Sequence record: NC_048674.1
Strand: one strand, 5' to 3'
DNA: 64,000 bases
The notes under the pieces are model-generated. The model was not told the DNA's origin. It saw only the letters and a list, made by a program, of their open reading frames with translations, and did no database searches. How positions within the stretch are numbered: the first letter of the stretch is position 1; each line of letters opens with the position of its first letter. The position numbers were made by a program, and so were the translations under genes. Positions 28,904 to 39,440 of this stretch are shown in pieces.

Positions 28904-29287
28904 GGATAAATTTATGGATATTATCAACGCAGCGGTATTTTGCTCGATTTTCTTTGTTATTGTATTTTTAATAGTGTGTTGTTTTGAAGTATACCGTGGA
29001 AGAAAGCTTGAAAATCTCCCATCTCATTATAAGCAAGCTTTAAGTGAAGCTGGGTATGTCTTGTATTGTGATTACAAAAACGGGATTTTTGAGTTTAACA
29101 AATGGGGGATCCGGAAACATTCAGATCAGAAACCAATTATTCTAATGACTGCTGACGACCTTTATCCAAAGTTGAAAAATTGCTTTACGTACACAACAAA
29201 CAAGATTTATGTTGATCTCAACAAGATCGATATATTGTATAAATCCTGTAATACACTAAAACCAAAACCATTGAAGGAGTGGTAAAA

Positions 29288-30280
29288 ATGGAAAAATATC
29301 TTGTTGGCGGTGCAGTTCGAGACCAGATTATGGGGAAACCGGTCAAAGACCGTGATTGGGTTGTTGTAGGTTCCACAAAAGAAGAAATGGAAGGTCTTGG
29401 TTATAAGTGTGTTGGTTCCCATTTCCCAGTATACCTTGACGATGATGGTGAAGAGATTGCATTGGCTCGTACAGAGGTATCGACTGGTATTGGGTACAAC
29501 GATTTTCAGGTTGATTTCAACCCAGATGTAACTATCGAAGAAGACCTATACCGTCGAGATTTCACAATGAACGCTATCGCGTATGACCCCATAAACTCTG
29601 TTTATATCGATCCTTATCATGGCATCCAAGATATTGGTAAGAAACAGATTCGTATGGTAAACCCATATGCGTTTCGTGATGACCCTCTTCGTGTTTTCCG
29701 TGCAATTCGTTTTGCTGGACGCTACGGATTCAAGATGGAACCAGAAACGGAAAAAGCAGTAACCGATATGATTGTTGGTGGTGCTTTGGATATGGTATCT
29801 AAAGAGAGGGTATTCGTTGAGTTTATGAAGTGTATGGAAGATATGAGCCATGTTGATGTTTTCATGGGTATACTTCGGGAACTCGATGTGGTAGAATTCT
29901 TTGGGTTCGATCGGGAATTTGTTAAGAACCTCAATAAAGATGGGAAGATCTATACAGACAGCACTATTGCAGACCTTTGCTATTACTGCGAAGATTTTGA
30001 TAGTTATTTGAAGGTACATGAGAAACTGCATCTTACTTCATATCAACGGATGGAAGCGGAGATGTATTACTTTTCTGGGTCTCGGTTCGAAGTTCTCGAT
30101 TATGCAGGTGCAACTCACGACACACCGAAGCTTCACTATGCATTGATGCACCAACCGATTCGTCAAGAACACATCGATTTGTGGCGATCTGTAAGTGCTA
30201 AGGACTTCCCAGAACTCCAAGGAAAAGAACTTGGTAAAGCAATAAAACAGCGTCGTAAGGAATTGATTGATGAAGTATAA
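29288..30280 (+). CDS. cca: tRNA nucleotidyltransferase (CCA-adding enzyme, class II)
   Basis: LVGGAVRD, DRDWVV, EDLYRRDFTMNAIA, DDPLRVFRAIRFA, ERV..E. Confidence 0.95.
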   Translation: MEKYLVGGAVRDQIMGKPVKDRDWVVVGSTKEEMEGLGYKCVGSHFPVYLDDDGEEIALARTEVSTGIGYNDFQVDFNPDVTIEEDLYRRDFTMNAIAYDPINSVYIDPYHGIQDIGKKQIRMVNPYAFRDDPLRVFRAIRFAGRYGFKMEPETEKAVTDMIVGGALDMVSKERVFVEFMKCMEDMSHVDVFMGILRELDVVEFFGFDREFVKNLNKDGKIYTDSTIADLCYYCEDFDSYLKVHEKLHLTSYQRMEAEMYYFSGSRFEVLDYAGATHDTPKLHYALMHQPIRQEHIDLWRSVSAKDFPELQGKELGKAIKQRRKELIDEV

Positions 30281-30743
30281 AATCATTTTTCTGGTGTTTG
30301 GTATCATGGTGTTTGTAAATTCTGTTTATACAGAGTATACTGATAAGAAATTCAACGAGAATATGTTTGAATACGTTGAAGGTAATTTGGATCGAACTCA
30401 TAATCGACCCGGATATAATATGAAAATAGTAGTTGATTATCAGACTCCCGATTGATATAATTGTTTTGAACTTACGAGAGAGATAAAACATGATTCAGAT
30501 TCGATATCAAGCTAGCAACTACTCCCCTGAATTGGTAACTGGTCGATACGTCCGTGAAGATTTTGATGGTGGTTATCTTGTTGTTGAAGCAGCAACAAAC
30601 TTCGTCAAAGGCCCATTTTATGGTAAGGCGGGTCATGGACCAACCCTTCGTGAATATATCACTGATGGGTCAGAAATACCTCAACACGTAAAAGATGAAG
30701 CAAAGAAATTGGTTTTTCGTATGACTTTTTGGGAAATTTAAAA

Positions 30744-31250
30744 ATGAGTAAACATGATGTAAAAATGACTGCAATTGCTTATGGTCTGGTTTCTGATGCA
30801 TTTGCAACAGTATTTGACCGGGGTGGACGTCCTTACTTCGAACATTGTATGGAAGTATGTCGAAAGCTTGGTCCTAAAGCAGACGATAAGCTGAAACAAG
30901 TTGCGATTCTCCATGATTATCTTGAGGATGTACAGAATGCAACTGCTGATGACCTTCTTGAAATGGGTTTTAACCCAGAAGTAGTAAAATCGGTGGTTCT
31001 TCTGACCAAAAAACATGGTAACGATTATAAAGACCCTGTGGTTTATGAATCTTACCTTCAAGGTATCGAATCAAACCGGATGGCGTGCCTTGTAAAGATG
31101 TGTGACTTCCGTCATAATAGTGACCTACGTCGCCTCAAGGGAGTAACCGAAAAAGATATGAAACGTTCCTTCAAATATCAGGAGGGGTTCTATCGTCTTT
31201 CTGCCGTGGCTAACCAAAATGGTTGGTCTTCTGAACAAAAGGGAATGTAA
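30744..31250 (+). CDS. HD-domain hydrolase, small alarmone hydrolase/Mesh1-like
   Basis: GRPYFEH, AILHDYLED, VKMCDFRHN: RelA/SpoT HD signature without a synthetase domain. Confidence 0.82.
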   Translation: MSKHDVKMTAIAYGLVSDAFATVFDRGGRPYFEHCMEVCRKLGPKADDKLKQVAILHDYLEDVQNATADDLLEMGFNPEVVKSVVLLTKKHGNDYKDPVVYESYLQGIESNRMACLVKMCDFRHNSDLRRLKGVTEKDMKRSFKYQEGFYRLSAVANQNGWSSEQKGM

Positions 31251-31251
31251 A

Positions 31252-31644
31252 ATGGGTAAAATTTTTGAAGTGATTTTTGGTGAAGTAGGAACCGGTAAAA
31301 CTTCCCGTCTTCTGGCAAAAGCTGCGGAACAAGTTGCGATCAGTCCTGTAATTGTATTGATTGATGAGCTTGATGAACAACAAGCGTTTGAGCGTCTTTA
31401 TGACTTTGTTTCGCCAGACACAGAGACGTTTGAATTGGTTGTTTCTTCTGTCCAATCCGGTTCCAATTTCAATGGCCCTCGTGGTCTAAAAGAACAATTA
31501 GAAAATGCGTTGGTGACCGTACCTGATGCAACCCATGTTTTTATTGATGTATGTGGGTATATTCCGTCACAGGTAATTGATATCATCGGAGAACGTGAAT
31601 TGGTTGTAACAAAACAGTTGATTCGTGGTGCATCAAGTCTATAA
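31252..31644 (+). CDS. Short P-loop protein
   Basis: FGEVGTGKTSRLL; HVFID. Confidence 0.55.
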   Translation: MGKIFEVIFGEVGTGKTSRLLAKAAEQVAISPVIVLIDELDEQQAFERLYDFVSPDTETFELVVSSVQSGSNFNGPRGLKEQLENALVTVPDATHVFIDVCGYIPSQVIDIIGERELVVTKQLIRGASSL

Positions 31645-31654
31645 GAGGTGATTT

Positions 31655-32095
31655 ATGACCGGTTACGTTTTATCCATGATTGGACTGTTGGTAATTCTGA
31701 TCGGTCTAGTTCATTGGAATAATGCAATGGGTAAGAAATTTCGTGGTATTTTTATTGATGATATTCGAAATCCGTCTGATGTAGGTTGGGTTCATTATGA
31801 CCCAGATATTCAGTGGACTATTGTTCGGACTTATTCAGACTTTAAGGATGAGATCCGGACTAACGGTATCCCGAAATATATTAGCTTTGACCACGACCTA
31901 GCTGATTATGACGAGGATGGTATTGAATATACAGGGTTGTCATGTGCAAAATATCTTGTTGATATTGCACAATACGACAACAAAGAACTTCCTGAATATA
32001 TCTATTACCATACACAAAACCCAATTGGTAAAGATAACATAAAGGGTTATATTGAAAGTTATCAAGCGTTTGTGAGACGAGAACATGAAGACTAA
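31655..32095 (+). CDS. Cyclic-phosphate-processing receiver (cREC-type) domain protein with hydrophobic N-terminus
   Basis: IFIDDIR.P, ISFDHDL, TGLSCAKYL, HTQNPIG..NI. Confidence 0.75.
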   Translation: MTGYVLSMIGLLVILIGLVHWNNAMGKKFRGIFIDDIRNPSDVGWVHYDPDIQWTIVRTYSDFKDEIRTNGIPKYISFDHDLADYDEDGIEYTGLSCAKYLVDIAQYDNKELPEYIYYHTQNPIGKDNIKGYIESYQAFVRREHED

Positions 32096-32840
32096 AGTAA
32101 TTTGTGGATTTCCCGGTGTGGGGAAATCTACGGCAGTAAAAGACAATAAGTTTCCTCAATATAAAATTGTGGATCTTGACAACTCTAAATTTAAAACTAA
32201 TTGGCCTAAAGAATATCTAAAAGAGATTCAGTCTCATGTAGAAAGTGGGGCCTTTGATTTTATAATGGTGTCTACACATTCAGAAGTTGTGAAATTTGTT
32301 GTTGATATGGGGTATGACGTTGAGCTTGTATATCCAGAAAAGCCAGTTTATGAAAACAACCAATGGTATCAGGATAACCAACGTTCTAAGATCAAAGAAA
32401 TGTTTTTGACCCGGTATCAAGAACGAGAGGATTCCCCAGAATTTATTGAATTTATCTCGGATAATTTCTGGACATTTGTGGATGATCTGTCTGGTGTAGT
32501 TGGAGAAAATGTAACCCATCATCGAGTAAACACATGCCTCAACAGTGTCTCATTCTTTATTTGGAGTATTTTGGGCGGCGACGGTGGGTCGGAACGTTCT
32601 GTTATCTCTCATTGGGACTCATGGCAAGATGATGGTAGTTCGATTGGATTCTATGACTGTGTGCTGAAACCAGAATTTTTCGGGGACGAACTATACCAAA
32701 CTATCCTTTGTGGTGTGCAGGATTCTCGTTTCTACGTGAATATAGACAGTGAAAATAGCATTCTTTCTGTGACCAACAACACAACAGAAAAAACTTTCGA
32801 ATTTAACTTTAAAATTGTATTGACAAAGAGAGAATTTTGA
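32085..32840 (+). CDS. P-loop NTPase/kinase-like protein
   Basis: ICGFPGVGKST, DLD.S.F, VSTH.EV, VYP. Confidence 0.7.
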   Translation: MKTKVICGFPGVGKSTAVKDNKFPQYKIVDLDNSKFKTNWPKEYLKEIQSHVESGAFDFIMVSTHSEVVKFVVDMGYDVELVYPEKPVYENNQWYQDNQRSKIKEMFLTRYQEREDSPEFIEFISDNFWTFVDDLSGVVGENVTHHRVNTCLNSVSFFIWSILGGDGGSERSVISHWDSWQDDGSSIGFYDCVLKPEFFGDELYQTILCGVQDSRFYVNIDSENSILSVTNNTTEKTFEFNFKIVLTKREF

Positions 32841-33207
32841 TGATTTCTAAAATTAAAGATATGTTTTATAGTGACCCACTTCCACCATCTATCCCAACCA
32901 CGGATGCGATGATCCAGCAGCTAGAAGATCTAAAAGAACAAGCTGAAAAACGAGCTGAAACTGATACCAATGCTATTGGGTATACGATGGTACAGATGGA
33001 TGACCTCACTAATGCATACATGAAAGACCTGAAAGATCTTGAAGCTTCTTATGAAGCACAGAAACAACTTTTGGCTAATGAACATCAACATACCATTGGT
33101 GAGTTGGAGACTGTTGTGTCTAAGTTGAAGTCGTCTAAGGTAAAATCAACTTCTATTGCTCTTACCCTTCGCACACAACTTGATATTCTCAAAGGTTGTT
33201 AAAGTTG

Positions 33208-33245
33208 TTGACAGAGTATCCCCTGATGTGGGATACTCTTTTTGT
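33208..33245 (+). promoter_or_regulatory. Early promoter overlapping an inverted repeat
   Basis: TTGACA-18-GATACT; perfect IR AGAGTATCCC/GGGATACTCT. Confidence 0.7.
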
Positions 33246-34417
33246 CGAAACAAACCGAGGAATAGTTATGAAAATATCACTGGAAATGCTGATTGCTAAG
33301 TATGGTAAAAAAGCTCGCTTGTATGATGTTCTCATGGCAGAATTCAAAATGAACAATATTAAATGTGTAGGTAAAGTATGAAAAGAACAATTAACGCAAT
33401 TAACGACGTAGCATCAATTCTTGGATTCCGTCCAGCCAACGGTACAGATACTGGCGCTCGTGGGTTCTCTGTTCTGGATGGATTCGGGCGGGTACAATTT
33501 GTGTCATTCAAAGTAATGTGTAATTTGGTTGCTAGTTTTGCGGATATTCAAAAAACACCAAAAACCATCAAATTACCATTTTATGATATTACCGTCAACA
33601 GTGAAGGGTCTGTGTTGGTTCGATTCAATGATGGTATGACACTATTTTATGATAAAGAAATTGTAGACCGGGTTATTCAAACATCAAAAAGTGTATCCCC
33701 AAACCTATATCACAAACTTCAATACGCAAAGAAAAAGAATCGTCATCATGGTTCTTATATTCAATGGAGCCATTTTTGGGGTGGGGTTGTCTTGGTAAGT
33801 TCTTCCTAAAATAAGGTATAAATTATGGATTATTCAGCAAAAAGTCTTAAAGAAGCTATTTTGAACACGGAAGACGTTAGTGGTATTGACGTTACCCCAG
33901 TTATTCGAAAAGTTTATGAATTTATGGCAAAAACCAAAAGTTTAGCTTATCGTTATATGGGTGATGAACTTATGTCTCTTGCCGCACAAGAACAGAAAAG
34001 CTTTTCTCGTGTGTCAGATAAATTTATTTCTGAACTCCGAAATTTGGGGTATACTGTTTCGGTAGAACAACAACGTGGGTTTAACTGTCCACCAATCTAT
34101 ATCATTAAGGCATAATATGATCATGTTCAAAGATATAAAAACAAAACATTTCCACGAATTGAAATTTGAAGTTGTGATTTCTCCAAAGGATTTCTGTATT
34201 GATGTAGAGATCTGGAAAGACCATTTCTATGAAAGTTTTGTTGATTTTTGTGATCAATATGTTGATGATTTTAATACCTCCATCGTTCCGGATGATGATA
34301 ATGTTCTGGAATTTGTGATAACTTCTGACACAGTTGGTGGTATTATCGATGCGTATAAGTATGTTGAAAGTTACCTTTCGGAATGTGCATATACAATTAA
34401 TACTATGGGGTAATTAG

Positions 34418-35386
34418 ATGAGTGAATTGATTTTTGAGTGCGTGTTTGGATCTAAGTTGTATGGAACAGACACCCCGGAAAGTGATACTGATTATAAGGG
34501 TGTATTCCTCCCAGAACCACGACAGATCATCATGGGAACAAAAGAGGTTTATCACAGGGATACCGGAGCCAAAGGATCTGCGAACACGGCGGACGACATC
34601 GATAGAGAGTATTTTTCTCTGAAAAAGTTCATTCAAATGGCTTCCAAGGGGGAAACTGCGGCTATTGATATGCTTCACGCACCTATCGATAAAGTGATAA
34701 CAAACTCCGAGATCTTCCAACATTTGAGAAACAACCGGTCTGATTTTTACACAACCAAGATGAAAGCTTATCTTGGATATGTTCGTAAACAGGCAAGTAA
34801 GTATGGGGTTAAAGGGTCTCGTCTCCAAGAGCTTAATTCTGTGTTGTCTTTCATCGAGAATCGTCCTGTAAGCTTGTATGGGGATGACCGATTGGGTGGA
34901 CTTGTATCTGGTATGCCCCAGAGTGAAAACTTGATTATTGGTAAGTTTGTAGACCCCAGCCATCAGACCGTCTATTATTACGAGGTACTTGGTCGCAAAT
35001 ATCTGTTTGGGATCCGTTACTCTGAGTTTGTAGAACAGATTATGAAGATCAAATCTGAATATGGGGCTCGGGCTGAAAAGGCTTCGTCTGGTATCGATTG
35101 GAAGGCGATGAGTCACGCAATTCGTGGTGCAGAACAACTTCTTGAAATTTACACAACTGGTGATCTTCAATTCCCCTTGAAAAATGCGGAATACATCAAG
35201 CTTGTAAAACAAGGTAAGTTGGATTTTTCAAAGGAAGTTCAACCGTACCTTGAGGATGTTATGGACCGAGCGGAGGCAGCGGCGGTAATCGCATCCAAAA
35301 ACGGTATGCCCGATGAAGTAGACCACGATTATTGGAACAATTTCATTTATGAATATTATGTAAACGAGGTAATTGAACGTGGATAA
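34418..35386 (+). CDS. nrdC.11: Nucleotidyltransferase, T4 NrdC.11/RlaP-like
   Basis: FGSKLYGTDTPESDTDYKGVF; DWKAMSHAIR; LKLVKQG. Confidence 0.88.
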   Translation: MSELIFECVFGSKLYGTDTPESDTDYKGVFLPEPRQIIMGTKEVYHRDTGAKGSANTADDIDREYFSLKKFIQMASKGETAAIDMLHAPIDKVITNSEIFQHLRNNRSDFYTTKMKAYLGYVRKQASKYGVKGSRLQELNSVLSFIENRPVSLYGDDRLGGLVSGMPQSENLIIGKFVDPSHQTVYYYEVLGRKYLFGIRYSEFVEQIMKIKSEYGARAEKASSGIDWKAMSHAIRGAEQLLEIYTTGDLQFPLKNAEYIKLVKQGKLDFSKEVQPYLEDVMDRAEAAAVIASKNGMPDEVDHDYWNNFIYEYYVNEVIERG

Positions 35387-35879
35387 AAGTGGTAGCTTTA
35401 GGGTAAACGATATGGTTTTTAAGAGACCAGTTCATGTTGTAGTTGATATGGACAAAGTTGAATCAATTGGTGACATGAAAGAACTATTGATGATTGTTCT
35501 TGGTTCTATGTGCGGTGGTAGTGGTATGGAAACAAAGTTAAACCTATATCTACCGGAAGAACTTGTAGACACCAAACCATTTTTAAAGAGGGTTTCGTAA
35601 TGCTTAGTGCTTATGTAACAATGATTTATGTTTTTGCTTTTATCAATACAATTACGTCAGTTCGTAGTGTCCTGATCTTGGACGGGAAACTTGAGCCAAA
35701 ATTTGGATTCGATTTTGACCTTATCGAACGGTATGAACCGATCCGGAAAAAGAAGGTTGGTCTTGGTTTTAACCCAAAACCCTTTCGTTGGTGCGCTATC
35801 CCAGTTACAGTACTAATCGATTCTGTTATTTGGCCCGCTACTATTCTTGGTTGGATTGTCAAAATCTTCAAAAAATAAG

Positions 35880-35908
35880 TTGACTATAGTTCTGGGAGAT
35901 GGGATACT
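35880..35908 (+). promoter_or_regulatory. Early promoter
   Basis: TTGACT-17-GATACT. Confidence 0.7.
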
Positions 35909-36232
35909 CTAGTTGAACTTGAGAAGGAGATGAATTATGTGGTTGATTAATATGTTTTACAAGATGTTTCGTTTTGTATTCACCAATATGATTCCTTTCC
36001 TTCTGTACTTCGCGTTTTGGGCTCTGAACGTACACACCATGATCTATATTCCGGGGGCTCCGAATGAGGTATACCTTCGGTTTGTGGCTGCGGTTTTGTT
36101 CCCATTTGGTGTAGTATGGGGTATGGTTGACGCTGTTATGTTGTTGATTTAATTGATAAACCCTAAATACTACTGACAGTATTAACTGTTGTGTGAGAAC
36201 CAAATGGTTCCTCTCTCGATAAGAGGGTAAAA

Positions 36233-36607
36233 ATGAAAACAATAAAGCAGTCTATTATTGAGTCACTTGAAACCGCACTTGAAAATGATTTTACAAATTA
36301 TAGACAAACTGCGGGTCTTTGTTCAAATATCTATTACGACCTCAAGAAAAAGCAAAATCACATAATGCCAGATAAAACAAAATCTTTTGTTGGGACGATA
36401 TACGCGATCCTTCAAGAGACTTTTGTTACTTGGCCTCATTATTCTGGAATGCTGGGTTATCCTATTCCTTCTGGGTGTGGGATTAAACCTGACGTATTCT
36501 ATAAGATGATGAGAAAAGACGCTGGTATGTATGATGGTGTTTATGGGGATTATAGGTATGACCTCGCTGAGTGGATCATATCTGAATTGAAGAAAGATAT
36601 AGGTTGA
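36233..36607 (+). CDS. Hypothetical protein (paralog of 6946..7311)
   Basis: WPHYSGMLGYPI; YGDYRYDLAEWI. Confidence 0.6.
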   Translation: MKTIKQSIIESLETALENDFTNYRQTAGLCSNIYYDLKKKQNHIMPDKTKSFVGTIYAILQETFVTWPHYSGMLGYPIPSGCGIKPDVFYKMMRKDAGMYDGVYGDYRYDLAEWIISELKKDIG

Positions 36608-36643
36608 CATGTTCACGGTATAGGGAGATAATCCTTATACCGT
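36604..36643 (+). promoter_or_regulatory. Early promoter overlapping an inverted repeat
   Basis: TTGACA-17-GATAAT; CGGTATA.GG/CC.TATACCG IR. Confidence 0.7.
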
Positions 36644-36664
36644 TTTATTTTTTGGAGAATCTAA

Positions 36665-36856
36665 ATGTTTGAAGTTGATTTTGATTTTGATGGTATGGAG
36701 ATTTTGGTTGAACGTCGCAAGGCCGTTTCTAAGATGAAACCAATCTGCTCAGAATGTGGTTCCGAACAGATTCAGAACACTAACTGGTACAATCAGATTT
36801 GTGATATGCGGTGTCGTCGGTGTAAACATAAATTTGTCATTGACAGTGGAATTTAG
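36665..36856 (+). CDS. Small zinc-ribbon protein
   Basis: CSECGSEQ...CRRCKHKF. Confidence 0.6.
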   Translation: MFEVDFDFDGMEILVERRKAVSKMKPICSECGSEQIQNTNWYNQICDMRCRRCKHKFVIDSGI

Positions 36857-37093
36857 ATCTGAGAAGATATCTATATTGAAACAGTTGAGGTGATTGATAT
36901 GGAAACTTTGTTTGCTTTGGTTCTTACATCTTGTGTAATTGATATGAACAATAACCCCGTGTGTGAGACTTTCCAAGTTGAATTGTCAACCACCAAAGAG
37001 ATCTGCGAAGAAAGGAAATTGGAAAATATGTCTTTTCTTTTTGAAGAAGACCGTTTAGACTGTGAACTTGTAAAATACGAAAAGGAATAAATT

Positions 37094-37762
37094 ATGAACT
37101 CATTTGTAAAATATGTACATCAGTATCTTCGTGGTGAGGTTGATGTATATAAAAACCCATATAACGATAACCGCAAACCGCTTAAAGGACGTCAGGCTGC
37201 GACATATACAGCTCGTATCCTAAACAAAAAATTCCTCCATAATCTAATGAGGGAATATGGCCCACGAACTTCGTTTGATGTCTATGGTCATATTAATTAT
37301 TCTTGCAATTATGACCACTCATCAAATTCCGTTGTTATTAAAGTAGGTAATACCAAAAAGGATAGGACTGGTGTAGCTAGTCATATCCATCACCTACTTA
37401 CTACCGTTGCGCAAGTTACAAATGGTCTGGTTGTTGGTAGTCTGGTAGTTCATACATCTGGGGATTGGCATCGCCACCAGATTCGAAAAGATATGGAATC
37501 TTATGTTGATTTTGAAATTCACCTCGACATCGATCAATTGTTTGGTGCAATAGAGCCATCTCAAGATATGAAAGAACCACATATATCTGTTTCTACACCA
37601 TCAATTGAAGATGCATTCAAAGTTTTGAATGATGAATACAATCGTCTGAGTGGTGAATTGTCAAGTATCTCCAAAGAGATCGACGTCCTCACTACGAAAG
37701 AAAAAGTCTTAAAAGAAAAACTGATGGAATTCAAATCTAAGTACACCAATTTTGGGGAATGA
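37094..37762 (+). CDS. Hypothetical protein with C-terminal coiled coil
   Basis: AAGGA SD; heptad-like C-terminus. Confidence 0.55.
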   Translation: MNSFVKYVHQYLRGEVDVYKNPYNDNRKPLKGRQAATYTARILNKKFLHNLMREYGPRTSFDVYGHINYSCNYDHSSNSVVIKVGNTKKDRTGVASHIHHLLTTVAQVTNGLVVGSLVVHTSGDWHRHQIRKDMESYVDFEIHLDIDQLFGAIEPSQDMKEPHISVSTPSIEDAFKVLNDEYNRLSGELSSISKEIDVLTTKEKVLKEKLMEFKSKYTNFGE

Positions 37763-38595
37763 TAATGAAGATTACTACTTACGCAAAGAAAGTTTTTAAA
37801 AACGAGATCGACGTGTTTGGTAACAAACTTGGTTTTGGAAAATATAGCGGTCTCCGATACCAGTATGGGATGAACAAGTTCATCAATACCCTCCAACGTA
37901 TGGTTCAGATGAACGAGTATTATGAACCAACCTGTCTTAAGGGATTTGATAAACATGTATCAATCAATATCAAGGATCTGGAATCTAATGACTTTTCTCC
38001 TGCTCGATGGGTCATTACATTTCATCAGAAACCGGATAGTGGCGAGAAAATGATTGAACAAATCTGTCGGATGGGTCGCTCTATTGAAAGTATGACCAAA
38101 CAAGAAAATTTCGATATCGGAACAGTTGTTACCGGCGGAAAACTTCAATCCGTATCGTTCGTTTTCTACAAGTGAGGTGTTGTATGAAATTCATTATTAG
38201 GGTAAAATATAGAACTGGTGATAGTTTTAATACATACGACGATGAACGAATTCTGGCACCTGTTTGGTTTGACAACGATGATGCTATGAAGGCACTTGTT
38301 GAGATTTACGAGTTCAATGAGTTCTATAACGCATACAACAACGAACGTTGGACACCAGCAAAACAGGAAATGGTTAAGGATCTGGCTTCTCGTCGTCCAT
38401 GGGCCAAGGATGTAGAAGATCCTTTCGATTTCTTCTCATCCATGAATATTCATCACTCTGATGGTAGGATCAAAATTGATATGGATTTCGTAACGGGATA
38501 TTTCGAACACTTTGAAAGTGCAGAAATTGAGGTTAAGATTGACAAGACCACAGATTATGGATACAGTGGTGGTTATGATGATCTGGTAAAGAAGT

Positions 38596-39045
38596 ATGGC
38601 AATCATTGACATCTATTCCGGGAGCCGGGATTGGATTGAACGTGAGTTGTCAAACTTCACAGAACACCCATTTACATTCGACGGTGTGTATTATCGGACG
38701 ATTGAGGCTTTCCTACAAAGCCTCAAATATGAAAACCCCCCAGACATAAACAATTTGAGGGGTCATGAAGTTTATAAGGTTTGTCATTCTAATAGGGGGT
38801 GGCAGAAAGACCTTACTATGTGGTATAAAGGAAAGCCTGTAAACCGTCTCAGTGAAGCGTATAGCAATCTTTTGTATAACGCATACCTTTCAATGGCCGA
38901 ACAGAACAAATCATTCCTAGAGGCTCTGGTACACTCAAAACCGCATATATTGGCCCATACTATGGGTTGTAAGGATCCACACATCACAATTCTGACGGAA
39001 AAAGAGTTTTGTGACATTTTGAACGAGATTAGAGAACAACTTTGA
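38596..39045 (+). CDS. 30.3: NADAR-family ADP-ribosylhydrolase (T4 gp30.3-like)
   Basis: LSNF..HPFTFDGV....IEAFLQSLK; AY....QNKSF..AL; TILTE.EF..IL matches recalled gp30.3. Confidence 0.85.
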   Translation: MAIIDIYSGSRDWIERELSNFTEHPFTFDGVYYRTIEAFLQSLKYENPPDINNLRGHEVYKVCHSNRGWQKDLTMWYKGKPVNRLSEAYSNLLYNAYLSMAEQNKSFLEALVHSKPHILAHTMGCKDPHITILTEKEFCDILNEIREQL

Positions 39046-39440
39046 CCCCACATTCTGTTTTGTTCCGTTACCTTGACGGACTCCCCGTATCCGACGACGA
39101 AGTTAAAATTCTTGTTGACTATGCGAAAGAAAAATTTAATAATAAACCGTGTATTTTGTATAGGTGGTCGTCTAAGAATCCACACGATGATCACACGATG
39201 AATAGCTTTTCTTCTTGTGCTAAAACGGCTCGGTCTGTTGGGTCATACTTCCAGAAGACAGACGATGGACACACATATGAAGTAGAAGCAGTTCCAATCC
39301 TTTCAATCGATAACATCAGGTTCATGATCCACAAGTTCTGTGATTATGAACCGTACAGAAAGATTCTACTTAGGATCTTGAAACGGGAAGGGGAATATCT
39401 CGTCCTAAACTCCGACATAATTTCAATGAGGATTATCTAA
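39042..39440 (+). CDS. Putative minimal ADP-ribosyltransferase (R-S-E clade)
   Basis: ILYRW, NSFSS and REGEYLV appear in the canonical order. TTG start overlaps the NADAR stop; stop overlaps the Prs-like ATG. Confidence 0.5.
   Translation: MTPHSVLFRYLDGLPVSDDEVKILVDYAKEKFNNKPCILYRWSSKNPHDDHTMNSFSSCAKTARSVGSYFQKTDDGHTYEVEAVPILSIDNIRFMIHKFCDYEPYRKILLRILKREGEYLVLNSDIISMRII

Noticed and set aside
31252-31644. Thymidine kinase
   Set aside because: Only the N-terminal P-loop resembles TK; the protein is too short and lacks the DEAQF motif and the zinc-binding lasso.
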